A stretch of DNA of 64,000 bases from Mobula hypostoma (lineage: Eukaryota): positions 146,446,001 through 146,510,000 of the forward strand of contig NC_086097.1 of assembly GCF_963921235.1 (NCBI RefSeq), read 5' to 3'. Position 1 is the stretch's first letter, and the number at the start of each line of letters is the position of its first letter. Made by a program: the position numbers and the translations under genes. Under the pieces are notes generated by a model that saw only the letters and a program-made list of their open reading frames with translations, had not been told where the DNA came from and did not search any database. Shown here piece after piece: positions 39,759 to 53,035 of the stretch.

Positions 39759-40595
39759 CAGTAGATTCAGATAAATTGGGACACTTCGGGACTAGTACAC
39801 GTTAGCCCAATTGAGCGCCTGCCCCAAGTTTCATGGACGTAATTAAAAAGGTATGAAAAAGACAAACTACCATTTAACTGAGAAACAAATTATGTAATTT
39901 GAATAAATTAGAAATTTAGAATAAATTAGAACTCTGCCAAAGCTACTACAATATTATTTAAAAAGTGTTGTATTAGTTCCCAGTAGTTATCAACAGAGGA
40001 ATATATTCAGTATACACTGACAGGTTCTTTTGATTGACTATAAGTGAACAAAATTAATGCTGATACATAGTGCAGATGGTGGACTGCCTTCAAATAGTGC
40101 TTTCAAGGATTGCATCCTCCAAATCTTCACTGTAAAATTTAAGATGATTGTTGATATTTTCAACTTCTTCATAGTTTCTAACTTATTGAAGTACAGAAAT
40201 CATTTAATTTGCACTGTCAGCCATTTCTGGCACCTCCAAGCCTGAATGTTTGAAACTGCAGAGAGCAAAATATTTTCTGAATTGTCTTACTGTTAATTAC
40301 TTGCCAACTATCAGTACCAAAAATTACCACTCTGAACACAAACACACGCAACTGACTATATTTAAGAACTATTCGCACTAAACACAGTGTAGTTTCTAAC
40401 GGCCACACAATGAGCACCGTGACTCACACTAGTTAAAAATGTTCGGCAATCGTCTCCAGCTCCAATTAAACGGCATAGTGTCCAAAATAAATGAAGGAAA
40501 TCACGGCTATTTTCTTGATTCTTTTTCTTCTTTAAGAGTTGTCCCATATGTGGCTGCCCTGATCAACTGATTGCTTAATTAACTGGAATCCACTG
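39759..40595. mobile_element. Probable pogo/Tigger-like (Tc1/mariner superfamily) non-autonomous DNA transposon
   Basis: Imperfect TIRs CAGTAGATTCAGATAAATT / AATTAACTGGAATCCACTG followed by TA; no intact transposase. Confidence 0.5.
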
Positions 40596-40769
40596 TATAT
40601 TGTGTAATAGAATTTCTCTGCTTATATCTGTTTTCTAATTTTGTCTGTGAGTATTATGATATAAGTATTTGGTATTCAGCCATGACATTGAAATATACAG
40701 AGAATATTAAGCAGTTTAACTGTATCTGCAACGAGAAAAGCTGGTGTAGTATGAGAGCATTTTGGATCA

Positions 40770-41190
40770 GAAGACCATAAGAGATAGGAGCAGAATTCTG
40801 CCATTCAGCCTATTGAGTCCACTCCACCATTTGATTGTGGCTGATTTATTTTCCCTCTCAATCTCATTCTCTTGCTCTCTCCCAGTAATCTTTGACACAC
40901 TGACTAATCAAGACCTTATCAACTTCCACTTTAAATATCCCAAATGACTTTGTCACCACAATCAGCTCTGGCAATGAATTTCACAGTTTCACTACGCTTT
41001 GACTAAAGATATTCCTCCTCATCTCATTTCTAAAGGTAGGTTCTTTCACTCTGAGGCAGTGCTCTTTGGTTATGAACTCTCCCACTATAGGAAACACCCT
41101 CTCTATGATCACTCCATCTAGACCTTTCAATATTCAGTAGGTTTCAGTGAGATCCCCCCTCATTCTTCTAAACTCCAGTGAGTACAGCAC
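40770..41190 (-). mobile_element. CR1 3' fragment
   Basis: Reverse tail AGACCATAAGAGATAGGAGCAGAATT and reverse LYSLEFRRMRG remnant. Confidence 0.8.
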
Positions 41191-41472
41191 TCGTATGTTA
41201 ATCACATCTTATTAAAGACTAAATGGCCTCTTCCTGATTTTTCTTGCTATGTTCTTAGTTCTAAATTTTCTTAGTTCATAGAATCAGAAGATACAGAATC
41301 CTTGTGGGTAGAGTTAAGAAACGGCTAGGTAAAAAGACCCTGATGGGAGTTATATGCAGGCCTCCGAAAAGCAGCCAGGATGTGGGGTTCAAGTTTTAAA
41401 GGGAAACAGAAAAGCCATGCAAAAATGCTTTAAATTACAATGGGAGAATGAAAAGCCATGTAAAAAGATCAG

Positions 41473-41606
41473 TAAACACGAGGAAATCTGCAGATGCTGG
41501 AATTTCAAGCAACATGCATAAAAGTTGCTGGTGAATGCAGCAGGCCAGACAGCATCTCTAGGAAGAGGTACAGTCGACGTTTCGGGCCGAGACCCTTTGT
41601 CAGGAC
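41473..41606 (-). mobile_element. Short Penelope-derived element with near-intact hammerhead motif
   Basis: Minus strand GTC-CTGACAA-AGGGTCTCGGCCC-GAAACGTC-GAC; one core substitution; no clear TSD. Confidence 0.8.
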
Positions 41607-42539
41607 CTGTTATGGGGTATTCATGAGGTATTTCAGTATGTCGGTAAATTGGGAAAATCACATTGATGCTGTATCCCAAGAGAAGGAATTTGTAGAATGC
41701 TTAGATTGATTTTTAGAGTAGTATGTGGTTGAGCCCACTTAGGGAAAAGGAAATTCTGGCATGGGAGGGGAATGTAATGAACAAGATTTGATTAAGGAGC
41801 TTAAGGTAAAGGAACCTTTAGAAGACAGTGATCATAATATGATAGAATTCACCATGCAGTTTGAGAGGGAGAAGCTGAAATTGTTTGCGTCAGTTAGTAT
41901 GGGAAGTGAAAACGTAAAAGCAAATGAGAGGGCATACAATATGGTAAAAATTTGTGGGAAATTAGAGGACTGGGAAACACTTGAAAACCAATACAAGGCA
42001 ACTGAAAGAAAGCAATATGGTGAGAAAAGATGTGATATGAAGGCACGGTAGGCAATGATATAAAAGAGAATACCAAAAATTTTCAGGTACATGAAGTATA
42101 AATGAGAGGCAAGAGTAATTATCAAACTGTTGGAGAGGTAGTAATGTGGGACAAGGGAATAGCAGACAACATGAATAAGTGTTTAGCATCCTACTTCACC
42201 TGAGAAGACACCTGCAGAATGCCAGAAGTTCAAGCGTGTCAGGGGAAAGAAGTGAGTGAAGGTGCTTGGGAAGCCAAAAGGTCTAAGTTACCTTGAAAGA
42301 TGGACTGCACCCAGAAGTTCTGAAGGAATTAGCTGAAAAGACTATGGAGAAATTAGTAATGATCTTTCATGTATCAGTGAATTTTGTAATGGTTCTGGAG
42401 GGATTGGAAAATCGTGAATATCATTCTACTCTTTAGGAAGGGAGGGAGGCAAAAGACAGGAAATTATATGCCTGTTAGCCCGACATCAGTGGTTAGCAAT
42501 ATGTTAGCATTCCAGTATTAAGGAAGAGGTTTTGAGGTA

Positions 42540-43121
42540 CATAAGAACATAAGAGATAGGAGCAGGAGTAGGCCATCTGGCTGGCTGAGCGTGCTCACCA
42601 TTCAATAAGATCATGGCTGATCTGGCCATGGACTCATATCCACCTACCTGCCTTTTCCTCATAACCCTTAATTAACTTACTATGCAAAAATCTATCTAAC
42701 CTTGTCTTAAATGTATTTACTGAGGTAGCCTCCACTGCTTCATTGGGCAGAGAATTCCACAGATTCACCACTCTCTGGGAAAAGCAGTTTCTCCTCATCT
42801 CTGTCTTAAATCTACTCCCCTGAATCTTGAGGCTATGTCCTCTAGTTCTAGTCTCACCTACCAGTGGAAACAACTTTCCTGCCTCTATCGTATCTATCCC
42901 TTTCATATTTTTATATGTTTCTATAAGATCTCCTCTCATTCTTCTGAATTCCAGTGAGTACAGTCCCAGGCGACTCAGTCTCTCCTCATAGTCTAACCCC
43001 CTCATCTCTGGAATCAACCTGGTGAACCTCGTCTGTACCGCCTCCAAAGTCAGTATATCCTTCCTCAAGTAATGAGACCAGAATTGCACACAATACTCCA
43101 GGTACCTCCTCACCAGTACCC
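42540..43121 (-). mobile_element. Younger CR1 3' fragment nested antisense in the older CR1
   Basis: LVRRYLEYCVQFWSHYLRKD...RRMRGDLIETYK; splits host sequence GGTAC|CTGGAGGCAC. Confidence 0.88.
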
Positions 43122-44389
43122 TGGAGGCACTCAATAGAATAGGCTGAAGTCAGCATGGTTTCCTTAAGGGAAAAACCTTGCCTGACAAATTTGTTGAAAT
43201 TCTTTGAGAATAGCACAAGTAGGGTAGACGAAGGAGAATTGGTGGATGTTATTCACTTAGATTTTCAGAAAGCCTTTGATAAGTTGCACACATGAGGCTG
43301 TTAAGAGCCCATGGTATTACAGGAAAGATACAAGCATAGCTAGAGCATTGGCTGGATTGGCAGGAGGAAAGAGTGAGAATAAAGGGAGCTTTTTCTGGTT
43401 GACTGCCAGTGACTTGTGTGTTCTGCAGAGGTCAATGCTGGGGTCCGCTTCTCTTTACATTGTATTTCAATGATTTAAATGGCAGAAATTATGGTTTTGT
43501 GGCTATGTTTGAAGACGATACGAAGATAGGTGGAGGGGGAGGTAGTGTTGAGGGAGAAGGGAGGCTACAAAAGGACTTAGACAGCTTAGGAGAATGGGCA
43601 AAGAAAGTGGCAGATGGAATACAGTGTCGGGAGTGTATGGTGTTACACTTTGGTAGAAGGAATAAAATCAGACTTACTTGGAGTATTGTAGGCAGTTTTG
43701 AGTCTCTTTTTTTAAAAGAATGTTCTGACATTAGAAAAGGTGCCTGGGAAGTTCACAAAAATGATTCTGGAAATGAAAGGCTTATCATATGAGAAGCGAT
43801 TGATGTCTCTAGGTCTTTACTTGCTGGAATTTAGAAAAATGAGGCAGGATGTGGTGAGGATGTTTCCAATGGTGAGGGAGTCTAGGACCAGAGGGTATAG
43901 CCTCAGAATAGAGGAACGTCCATTTAGAATGGAGATGAGGAGGAATTTCTTCAGCCAGAGGCTGGTGAATCTGTGGAATTCATTGTCACAGGCCACTGTG
44001 GAGGCCAGGTCACTGGGTGTACTTAAGGCAAAGATTGATAGTTTCTTGATTAGTCAGGGTGTGAACAGTTACAGGGAGAAGGCAGGTAAATGGGGTTGAG
44101 CCATGATGAAATGGTGGAGTAGACTTGATGGGCCAAATGGCCTCATTCTGCTCCTAAGTCATAATTTATGTATTTTTTTTGTGTCTGCGATGTTGCTGAA
44201 AGCAAGTTTTTCATTGTACCTGTACCTCACTGTGCTTGTGCACGTGACAATACACACCACTTGGACAAAAAATCTTGAAAATTAAGCATCTATATATTAA
44301 CAATCTATTTCAGTTATGCCTAAAGTTAATGCTTAATTTTTTTTTCCTGACAGCTGTGGGTTGACTTCAGTTGATGTTAACTAAGTAAT

Positions 44390-44979
44390 TGGTGCTCGCC
44401 GCCTAATACCTGGGACAATTCAGCGGTGTGCAGTCTTTTCTCCATCTAATACAGTACGGTACGGGTGTGTATGTGTGCAGTGCCAATTACAGAAGATGAG
44501 GCGGTGTGCGCCACGTCATGGTTTTCTGGTGCTCATATTACATTGACGCACGCATATGCCGAACTTTCACACGGAAAAAAACAGTGGGGTGGTTGAAAGT
44601 AAGAAACAGAGATTGAGGGTCGAAGTTAGGCAGCTGAAGAAGACGAAGTGCGATTTTGGGGTGTGGAATTTTGCATTGATTTATTTGCATTGGAGAAAAG
44701 AAAAAAGAAGTTATATAAAGACCGGATGAGCAAGGAAGTTTTGCCCTATTCAGCTTTTCTTTTAGTTGGGATCTGCAAAGTTGCAAATGAGTAAAGGAGA
44801 GAGTTGTGTCCCGGAGACCCGAATAGTGAGGAACTCGTAGCCGCTGGCTTCAGGTCACTAAAGCTAGCGGAGCTGGTTCCTGTATCGTAACACATACAGG
44901 CACGCAGTCCAGTGAAGAGGAAGGCACTCCGGACGTGAGCAAGTGAAAAAAAAACACTGCAGAAAACTCGACGATTAAA
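44390..44979 (+). promoter_or_regulatory. TATA promoter and probable non-coding first exon of an unidentified divergent gene
   Basis: Non-repetitive CpG-enriched stretch; CCAAT 44483, CCACGTCA 44511-44518, TGACG near 44544, ATTTGCAT 44683-44690, TATATAAA 44712-44719, consensus donor AAA|GTGAGT at 44979/44980. Confidence 0.6.
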
Positions 44980-45859
44980 GTGAGTCGGAAACCTGGGGTA
45001 AAACCTAAATTTTGATACTTCGATGATTGGTGTTTTTAGGATTCTTCAAACTAGGAACACTTTAAGCTGCAAGCCAGTCAAAGGTTGGTTGTCTTTTTTT
45101 ATGTAGCTGCTAATGTCGAAAAATTGTCTGTTCTGCAATCTTTTTAACTTGTCCAGGAAGTGAATCGGCTTGCTTCACTAAGATATTTTCTGTCCGGTTT
45201 GCTATGTTTAAATAAATAAAAATTTACGCAAGTTGGTCTTCAACTTCGGCGAGTGTATTATAATGTGCCTGTACATATTAAACAATAATTTAAATTTGCG
45301 ATCTGCTCCCTGAATGATCTGATAATGTCTACACTTGTTCATGGTAGGTAGAAAAAGCATGCTTTTAAAAAAAACGGATCCTAGCCTGAACTTTGTTTTC
45401 TTGCAATGAGGTGGTTTTTGGTCACTTTCAATTGATTGTAAGTATTTCGAGAAGATTGTTGTTGAGTGGGAAGGCTGAGGAGCAGGATAAAAATTCTGCG
45501 ATTTGAACGGCGGACCTTGTCAGTCGTTGAAAAATCTGCTGAAATAGGGTTATGTCCGGACTATGCAAACATCCATAAATTATAAACAAATGCATTTCCT
45601 CACATGTTAGACGTCCCTTTGCAACAACTTATTTACAAGCTTGAGAAGCATTTCTTTGTCACAACAAATTTCTTCAGTATTTGCATGAACAAAATGGAGT
45701 AATCATTGTGCAATAACGAAATATTAATTTCTAAACTCTCAGATTGCTACGCACACTGCACATTCCTCTGGTGCAATGAACTTCTTAACATGAAAGTGCA
45801 GTAATGAATATTGGTTTCTTGAGGATTTTAAGGATATTAATACAAAGCAATTACTTTTA

Positions 45860-47328
45860 AAGACCATAAGATATAGGAGCAGAATTAGTCCATTTGGCCC
45901 GTCCAGTCTGCTTTGCCATTTCATCTTGGCTGATCCAATTTTCTTCTCAGCTTCAGTCTTCTGGCGTGTATCACTTCATCCTCTGACCAATTAATAATCT
46001 ATCAACCTCTGCCTTAAATATACATAAAGACTTGCTCTCCAAAGCAGGCTGTGGCAAAGAATTCCACAGTTTCGCCCCTCTCTGGCTAAAGAAATTCCTC
46101 CTCATCTCCATTCTAAAAGGATGCCCCTCTATTCTGAGGCTGTGTCCTCTGTTCCTAGACTGTCCCACCACAGAAACCATTCTCTCCATATCCATTGTAT
46201 TAAGGCCTTTCACTATTAAATAGATTTCAATTAGGTCCCTTCTCCTTCTGAGTTCGAGTGAATACAGGCCAAGAGCCATCAAACACTCTTCATATGACAT
46301 CCACTCAGTCCTGGAATAATCTTTGTGAAACTCCATTGAACCCTCTCCAATTTCAGCATATCCTTTCTAAGATAAGGGGCCCAAAATTGCTCACAATAGT
46401 CCAAGTGAGGCCTCACCAGCTTGTAAAATTTCAGCATTACATCCTTGCTTTTATATTCTAGTCCTCTTGAAATGAATGCTAACGTTGCATTTGCCTTCCT
46501 CACCACCGACTCAACCTGCAAATAAACCTTCAGGGGATCCTGCACAAGAAGTCCAAGTTGCTTTGCGCCTTAGTTTTTTTTTGTATTTTCAATCCATTTA
46601 GAAAATAGTCAATCCCATTCATTTCTTCTACCAAAGTGCATGACCATATACTTCCCAGCACTGTATTTCATCTGCCATCTTTTACTGTCTATAAATTTTC
46701 CAATGAAGCCATCAATGCCAATATCCAAATCATTAACGTAACGTAAAAACAATCGGTCTCAACACAGACCCCTCTGGAACACTACTAGTCACTGGCATCC
46801 AGCCAGAAAAGGCTCCCTTTATTCCCATCTTTTCCTCTTGTCAAGCAGCCACTGCTTTATCCATTCTAGAATCTGTCCTGTAACACCATGGGCTCATAGC
46901 TTGTTAAGTAGCCTCATGTGTGGCACCTTGTCAAAAGCCTTCTGAAGATCGAAGTACATCTACTGATTTTGCTTTGTTTATCCTGCTTGTTATTTCTTCA
47001 AGGAATTCCAACAGTTTTGTCAGATAAAATTTTCCCTTGGGGAAACCATGCTGACTTCAGCCTATTTTATTATGTGCCCCCTGAGACCTCATCCTTAATT
47101 GGGGCATAATACTTTTCAGTTTGTCTTCCATTTTGTTGTCCCCCATTATTACCTCTCCACCCTCATTTTCCAATGGTCCAGTATCCACCTTTAGTTCTCT
47201 TTTACACTTTATATATCTGAAGAAACTTTTGGTATCTTCTTTAAGATTATTGGCTAGCTTACTTTCATATTCCACCCTTACCTTCTTAATGACTTTTTTA
47301 GTTGTCTTCTGTTGGTTTTTAAAAGCTT
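45860..47328 (-). mobile_element. CR1 ORF2 remnant
   Basis: [43 protein letters not shown]; reverse CR1 tail. Confidence 0.88.
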
Positions 47329-47439
47329 ACTTCCTATTAAAGCTACACTGTCTTAACCCTGGATGTGCTGTCATTACCTTTGTAGCCGAAGGGTATACTT
47401 GAATTGCTTCTGCACGTGATGTTTTGAGCAATAGCTCAA

Positions 47440-48570
47440 TCCCACCTTTTTAGGTGATTCATTGGAGCCAATGATGACCTGCTTTCACACCAGTACTGTA
47501 GATTCTAATGAAGCTATTGTGGGATCCTGGACTTGCCACTGTTGAGGCAGGTACCTGCTGGGAGATGGTGCACTCTTTCCATCATTCATGCTGGGCTTTG
47601 ATATGTTCTGAACACAAGGTCTCATGGTTCTCAAACTACTCCAGCTCTTCATTGAGCAGCCATGGACTAGGAATTCCTGCTTGATGGTGAGAATGCTGCA
47701 CATTTTCAAACAGACTGAGAATATCTTTGAATCTTTTCTGCTGTTCACCTGGCAATTCCTTGCCATAAAGTAACTTGAAGTAAAGTGCCTGCTGTTGGAA
47801 TTTGGTATCAGCAATGTCCTGCCCATCAGAGCCAACTGAATTAACGGCGCCTCAGTGCTGGGGTTGTACGTGTTGCTTGCTTACTTAAGCCCTTTACCCC
47901 TACTGGGGCACAGGTTAATGACAGCAGCTTCCCAGTCCAGAGCTAGTCTTTCAAGTTGTCCGTATGTTAGCCCATCTTTGAAGACCCTTCCTCTTCCAGG
48001 AATGAGATCTTTGGAGCGACTCTGGGTTTTCAGTGGGATATAGTTGCTAGCCCCATGCCCAACCTGTCTCCTTTCACGGTCAAGTTTGGGACCATCCACG
48101 GCAGAGTAGTTGTAGGTGTAAGGCTGCTCACAATAATTCACTTGTCAATTTGGAAGTATTATGAAGGGAAAGTCTGTGGTTATCTTGCATCACCTTGAGA
48201 TATTGTCTATAGATAGTTCAAGTTCAGTTTCTCCAACATCCGACCTATTGGTCATTAGATTTTCCGTTGAACCTCATTGTTCAGGTGTCTGTAGAAAGGA
48301 CTTGCTTCCCTTTGGGCAATTTCTAATCCAGGGACATTTCATTTACAATGAAATAGCGCTAAAGTAACCCGGTCGTTCTCATCAAACTAGTCCAAGTGTT
48401 TTCTTCTGGGAAAATCAAGAGTCCCTTCATAGGTGTTCAAAATGCTGGATTTTGTAGAGATCCAACTGTTGTGGCACCACAATTTTGGGGCATGCTACCT
48501 CAAGATGACAGAGCAACCTAGGTGGTAGTCAGCTCTATCAAGCTGATGGTAATGCAGATGCCTTTGTAAT
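47440..48570 (-). mobile_element. Decayed RTE-type LINE fragments
   Basis: Minus strand QALYFKLLYGKELPGEQQKRFKDIL resembles the RTE ORF C-terminus; boundaries uncertain, probably composite. Confidence 0.5.
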
Positions 48571-50169
48571 TTCACGTGAGTGTGAGGTTGGGATTATTTA
48601 CACCTACTATGCAAAGAACTGGAGGTGTGTCAAAGCCAAAGTCAATGTTGAGTTTATTGTCAAATGCATAAGTTCAGTAATGAGCTTACTCACAGCAGTA
48701 TTTCAGGCACATAGCATCACATAAGCAGTATTTACAAGAAAAACATCAATTGAACATAAGTTATATATAATTTTTACAAGAAGAAACACAATTAGAACAA
48801 AAAAATGAAGTCTATTTTAGTGCAAAATGATCAAAGTGACCATTCTTGCTGTTTCCACAACATTCTCCAAATCCACTGGAGGATGAGTGAATCAATGTTG
48901 GCATCCTTTCCAGTCCACGATTGAGGTCCTGGGCAGGTAAATTGCATTCATGACTTCAGACTCTTAAAATAGTTAATCTGTTCCAATCTGGTGTGATAGA
49001 TAATCCATTGTGGGAAGAAATCGCTAGGTAGACACTGAAAAAGTTCCAGTATGTTTCCAAAGCCTCCTTCAAAAACTGCAGCTTCTTACTTGTTCCGTGC
49101 CTCATGAAACACTGAGAATGCAAAGAGAGCATTTCCCAAATTGCTCACCTAAGGCGGCTCATGAGGATCTCATATTTGCTTCTATCGAAATTTAGAACCC
49201 ATAGAACAAGAGTGGAAACAAATACTAATGGACTGCCCAGGAAGTACAGTATGGTCTTTCTTTCATATATTACTTCTATGTGATTATTTCCTTAAGTCAT
49301 CATTTAGAATATGTTAGTCATCATTTCAATTAATATCCTAATACATTTATGTATTACATTGTCAATCATCATTATGTTTATATGATACCACCATTGTTAA
49401 TCAACATTGTCTTATTCAATTCAAATGGTAGTTTGTTTAGTATACAGTAATAAGAACATTGTGAAAATTTAGTACAATAAAGGTATGAGTGGAATCCTTG
49501 TGGTCTCAGTGTGTTCAATCAATGATTGATAAGTAATTGGCTTTTTAATGTGTTTTGTAAGTCTGGTTTTAATTGTTCCTCACTGATGCTCTGTTCAAAT
49601 GTGCAAAATGTGAAGTATATGGCTAAATACTTGCAACTTCTTTCTATCATTATTAAAAATGTTTTCTGCACTTATTTTGGTAGCTTAACATAATTTTGTT
49701 CGGTGAGCTCACTCCTTCGAAAGTCTGTTAATGCTGAGACAGTTTCAGCCTTCAAGGCAGACACTTTTTGTTTGGTGATGGCCTCAAGGCAAATGGAATA
49801 AAAATGGGAAAATAGAGTTGGGATGCCGATCAACTAATATCTGACTACATGATGTTGCCAGTCTGAGAGAGTGAATGACACAGTATATACTGTCACTATT
49901 TTTCCATGAAATCTTTTGTAATAGTGATGGTGAGAAAACCCTAGATTTTAGTTCTTCTTTTCCAGTCCCCATGCTTTCAAGAGTATGTTTTCATGAATAC
50001 TTAGAATCCACACTCGGAAATTACAGTTTTAATATCCTCCACCTCTCTACCTCTTGGAAAGAAATCGTAAGAAACCTTTGGTCAATGCCCTTAATGGACT
50101 GGCATCCATTTTGTTTAATTGTTTGGGCTCTTTTGCAATTTTTAAAGGATATATCAAGTTGTTGCTTTG

Positions 50170-53035
50170 TTTACAATATTGATGAATTGACATAATGCAA
50201 CATTACCAGGTAGATGAACTTGTAGCACAGTTACAGATTGGCATGTTTGATGTTGTAGGCATCAGTGAATCATGGCTGAAATAAGATTATAGCTGGGAGC
50301 TTAATGTCCAATAAAAGATATTATATAGAAAGGACAGGCAGGAAGGCAGAGGGTGTAGCATTGCTCTGTTCATTAAAAAGTGAAAAGTAAAAAGTGAAAT
50401 CAAATCAAATGACATAGGGTTGGAAGGTGTTGATTCACTGTGGATAGAGCTAAGGATTTGCAAGGGTAAAAAGATCCTGAAAGGAGTTTTATACAGACCC
50501 CCAAACAGTAGTAAGGATGTGGTCTGCAAATTACACAGGGAGTTAGAAAACGTATGCCAAAAGGGCAATGTTACAATCATCATGGGGGACTTCAATATGC
50601 AGGTAGATTGGGAAAATCAGGTTGGTGCTGGATTCCAAGAGAGGGAAATCCTAGAGTGCCTATGAGATGGCTTTTTGGAGCGGCTTGTGGTTGAGCCCAC
50701 AAGAGGATCAGCTATTCTGGATTGGGTGTTGTGTAATGAACCGGACCTGATTATAGAGCTTAAAGTAAAAGAACTTCAGGGAAAGTGATCATAATATGAT
50801 TGAAGTCACACTGAAATTTGAGAAGGAAAAGCTAAAATCAGATGTACAGTATCAGTATTATAGTGGAGTAAAGGGAGTTACAGAGCCATGAAAGAGGAGT
50901 TGCCCAGAATTGATTGGAAAAAACACTAGCGGGGATGACAGCAGAGCAGCAGTGGTTGGAATTTCTGGAAGCAATTTGGAAGGCAGAGGATATATGCATC
51001 CCAATGAGGAAGAATAATTCTAAAGAAAATATGACACAACTGTGCCTAACAAGTTAAATCAAAGCCAACATAAAAGCCAAAGAGAAGACATATAGTAGAG
51101 GAAACATTAGTGGGAAGTTAGAGGATATGATAGGTTTTAAAAAACCATCAGAAGGCAACTAAAAAAGTAATTAAGAAGGTAAAGATTGAATATGAAAGTA
51201 AGCTAGCCAATAATATTAAAGAGGATGCCAAAAGTTTCTTCAGATACATAAAGTATAAAAGAGAGGCAAGAGTGGATATCAGACTGCTGGAAAATTATGC
51301 TGGAGAGGTAGTAATGGGGGACAAGGAAATGATGGATGAAGAAAATAAGTATTTTGTATTAGTCTTCTCTGTGGAAGACACTAGCAATATGGTGGAAGTT
51401 CCAGTTGTCAGAAGTGATGTATTATGTGAAGTTACATTTCTAGAGAGAAGGTTCTTGGGGAAACTGAAAGGTCTAAAGGTAGATAAGTGACCTAGACTAC
51501 ATGGTGTATATCCCAGGTTCTGAAAGAGGTGGCTGAAGAGATGGTGGAGGCATTAGTTATGATCTTTAAGAATCAATAGATTCTGGAATGGTTCCAGAAG
51601 ACAGGAAAATTGCAAATGTCGTTCTACTCTTCAAGAAGGGGGAAAGGCAGAAGAAAGGAAACTATAGGCCAGTTAGCCTGACTTGAGTGGTTGGGAAGAT
51701 GCTGAAACGGATTATTAAGGATGTGGTCTCAGGGTACTTGGAGGCACATGATGAAATACGCAGTAGTCAGCATGTTTTCCTCAAGGGAAAATCGTGTCTG
51801 ACAAATGTGTTGGAATTTTTTGAAGAAATAACAAACAGGATAGACAAAAAGAGAATTGGCTGATGTTGTGTAGTTGGATTTTCAGAAGGCCTTTGCCAAG
51901 ATGCCACACATGAGGCTGCTTAACAAGCTATGAGTTCATGGTATTATAGGAAAGATTCTAGCATGGATAAAGCAGTGGCTGATTGACTAGAGGCAAAGAG
52001 TGGGAATAAGGGGAGCCTATTCTAGTTGGCTGCCAGCGACTAGTGGTGTTCCTCAGGGGTCTGTGTTGGGACCAATTCTTTTTACGTTATATGTCAGTGA
52101 TTTGGATGATGGCTTTGTTGGAAAATTTTGCAGACAATATGAAGATAGGAGGAGGTACAGGTAATTTTGAGGAAATGGAGAGACTACAGAAGGATTTAGA
52201 CGGATGAGGAGAATGAGCAAGGAAACTGCAGATGGAATACAGTGTCGGAAATTGTGTGGCCATTCACTTTGGTAGAAGAAATGAAAGAGTTGACTATTTT
52301 CTAAATGGAGTGAAAATATAAAAAACTGAGGTGCAAAAGGACTTGTAGGTCCTTGTGCAGGATTCCCTAAAAGTTCATTTGCGGTTTGAGTCTGTGGTGA
52401 GGAAGGCAAATACAATGTTAGCTTTCATTTTGAGAGGACTAGAATATAAAAGCAAGGATGTAATGTTGAAACCTTAGAAGCTGGTGAGGCCTTGCTTGGA
52501 GTATTGTGAGCAGTTTTGGGCTCCTTATCTTAGAAAGGATGTGCTGAAACTGGAGAAGGTTCAAAGGAGGTTCAAGAAAATGATTCCATGATTGAATGGC
52601 TTGTTATATGAACAGCATTTGATGCCTGTATTCACCAGAATTCAGAAGAATTAGTGGTGACCTCTTTGAAACCTATCAATTGGTAAAAGGCCCTGATAGG
52701 GTGGATATGGAGATGTTTCCTGTGGTGGGAGAGTCTTAGACCAGAGGACACAGCCTCAGAATAGAGGGGCGCCCTTTTAGAATGGAGATGAGGAATTTCT
52801 TTAGCCAGGGAATGGTGAATCTGTGGAATCCTTTGCCACAGGCAGCTGTGGAGGCCAAGTCTTTATGTATATTTAAGGCAGTGGTTGATTGATTCTTGAT
52901 TGGTCTCTGCATGAAGGAATATGGGGAGAAGGCAGGAGATTGGGGCTGAGAAGAAAATTCAATCAGCCATGATTAAATGACAGTGCTTACTCAATGGGCC
53001 AAGTGGCCTTATTCTGCTTCTGTCGTTTATGGTCT
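50170..53035 (+). mobile_element. Near full-length but decayed CR1 ORF2
   Basis: APE endonuclease (GVLYRPPN, IIMGDFN) then RT (NYRPVSLT, PQGSVLGP) and 3' tail; many stops and frameshifts. Confidence 0.92.

Larger units (their letters stand above)
41280..44165 (+). mobile_element. Decayed CR1 LINE with two nested insertions
   Basis: Endonuclease (VICRPP; EPLEDSDHNMIEF) through RT (FEDDTKIGG) to 3' tail. Confidence 0.85.

Noticed and set aside
44683..44770. Octamer plus TATA as a histone H2B, immunoglobulin or U6-type promoter
   Set aside because: No histone ORF, leader/V exon or recognisable snRNA follows; T-runs just downstream would end a Pol III transcript
44787..44840. ORF beginning MSKGE, like the GFP N-terminus
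   Set aside because: Similarity ends after five codons and the ORF stops at 17 aa; coincidence
49485..49530. ATGAGTGGAATCCTT (MSGIL), reminiscent of a CSRNP-family start
   Set aside because: Not followed by KRK, stops within about 15 codons, and has no proper acceptor
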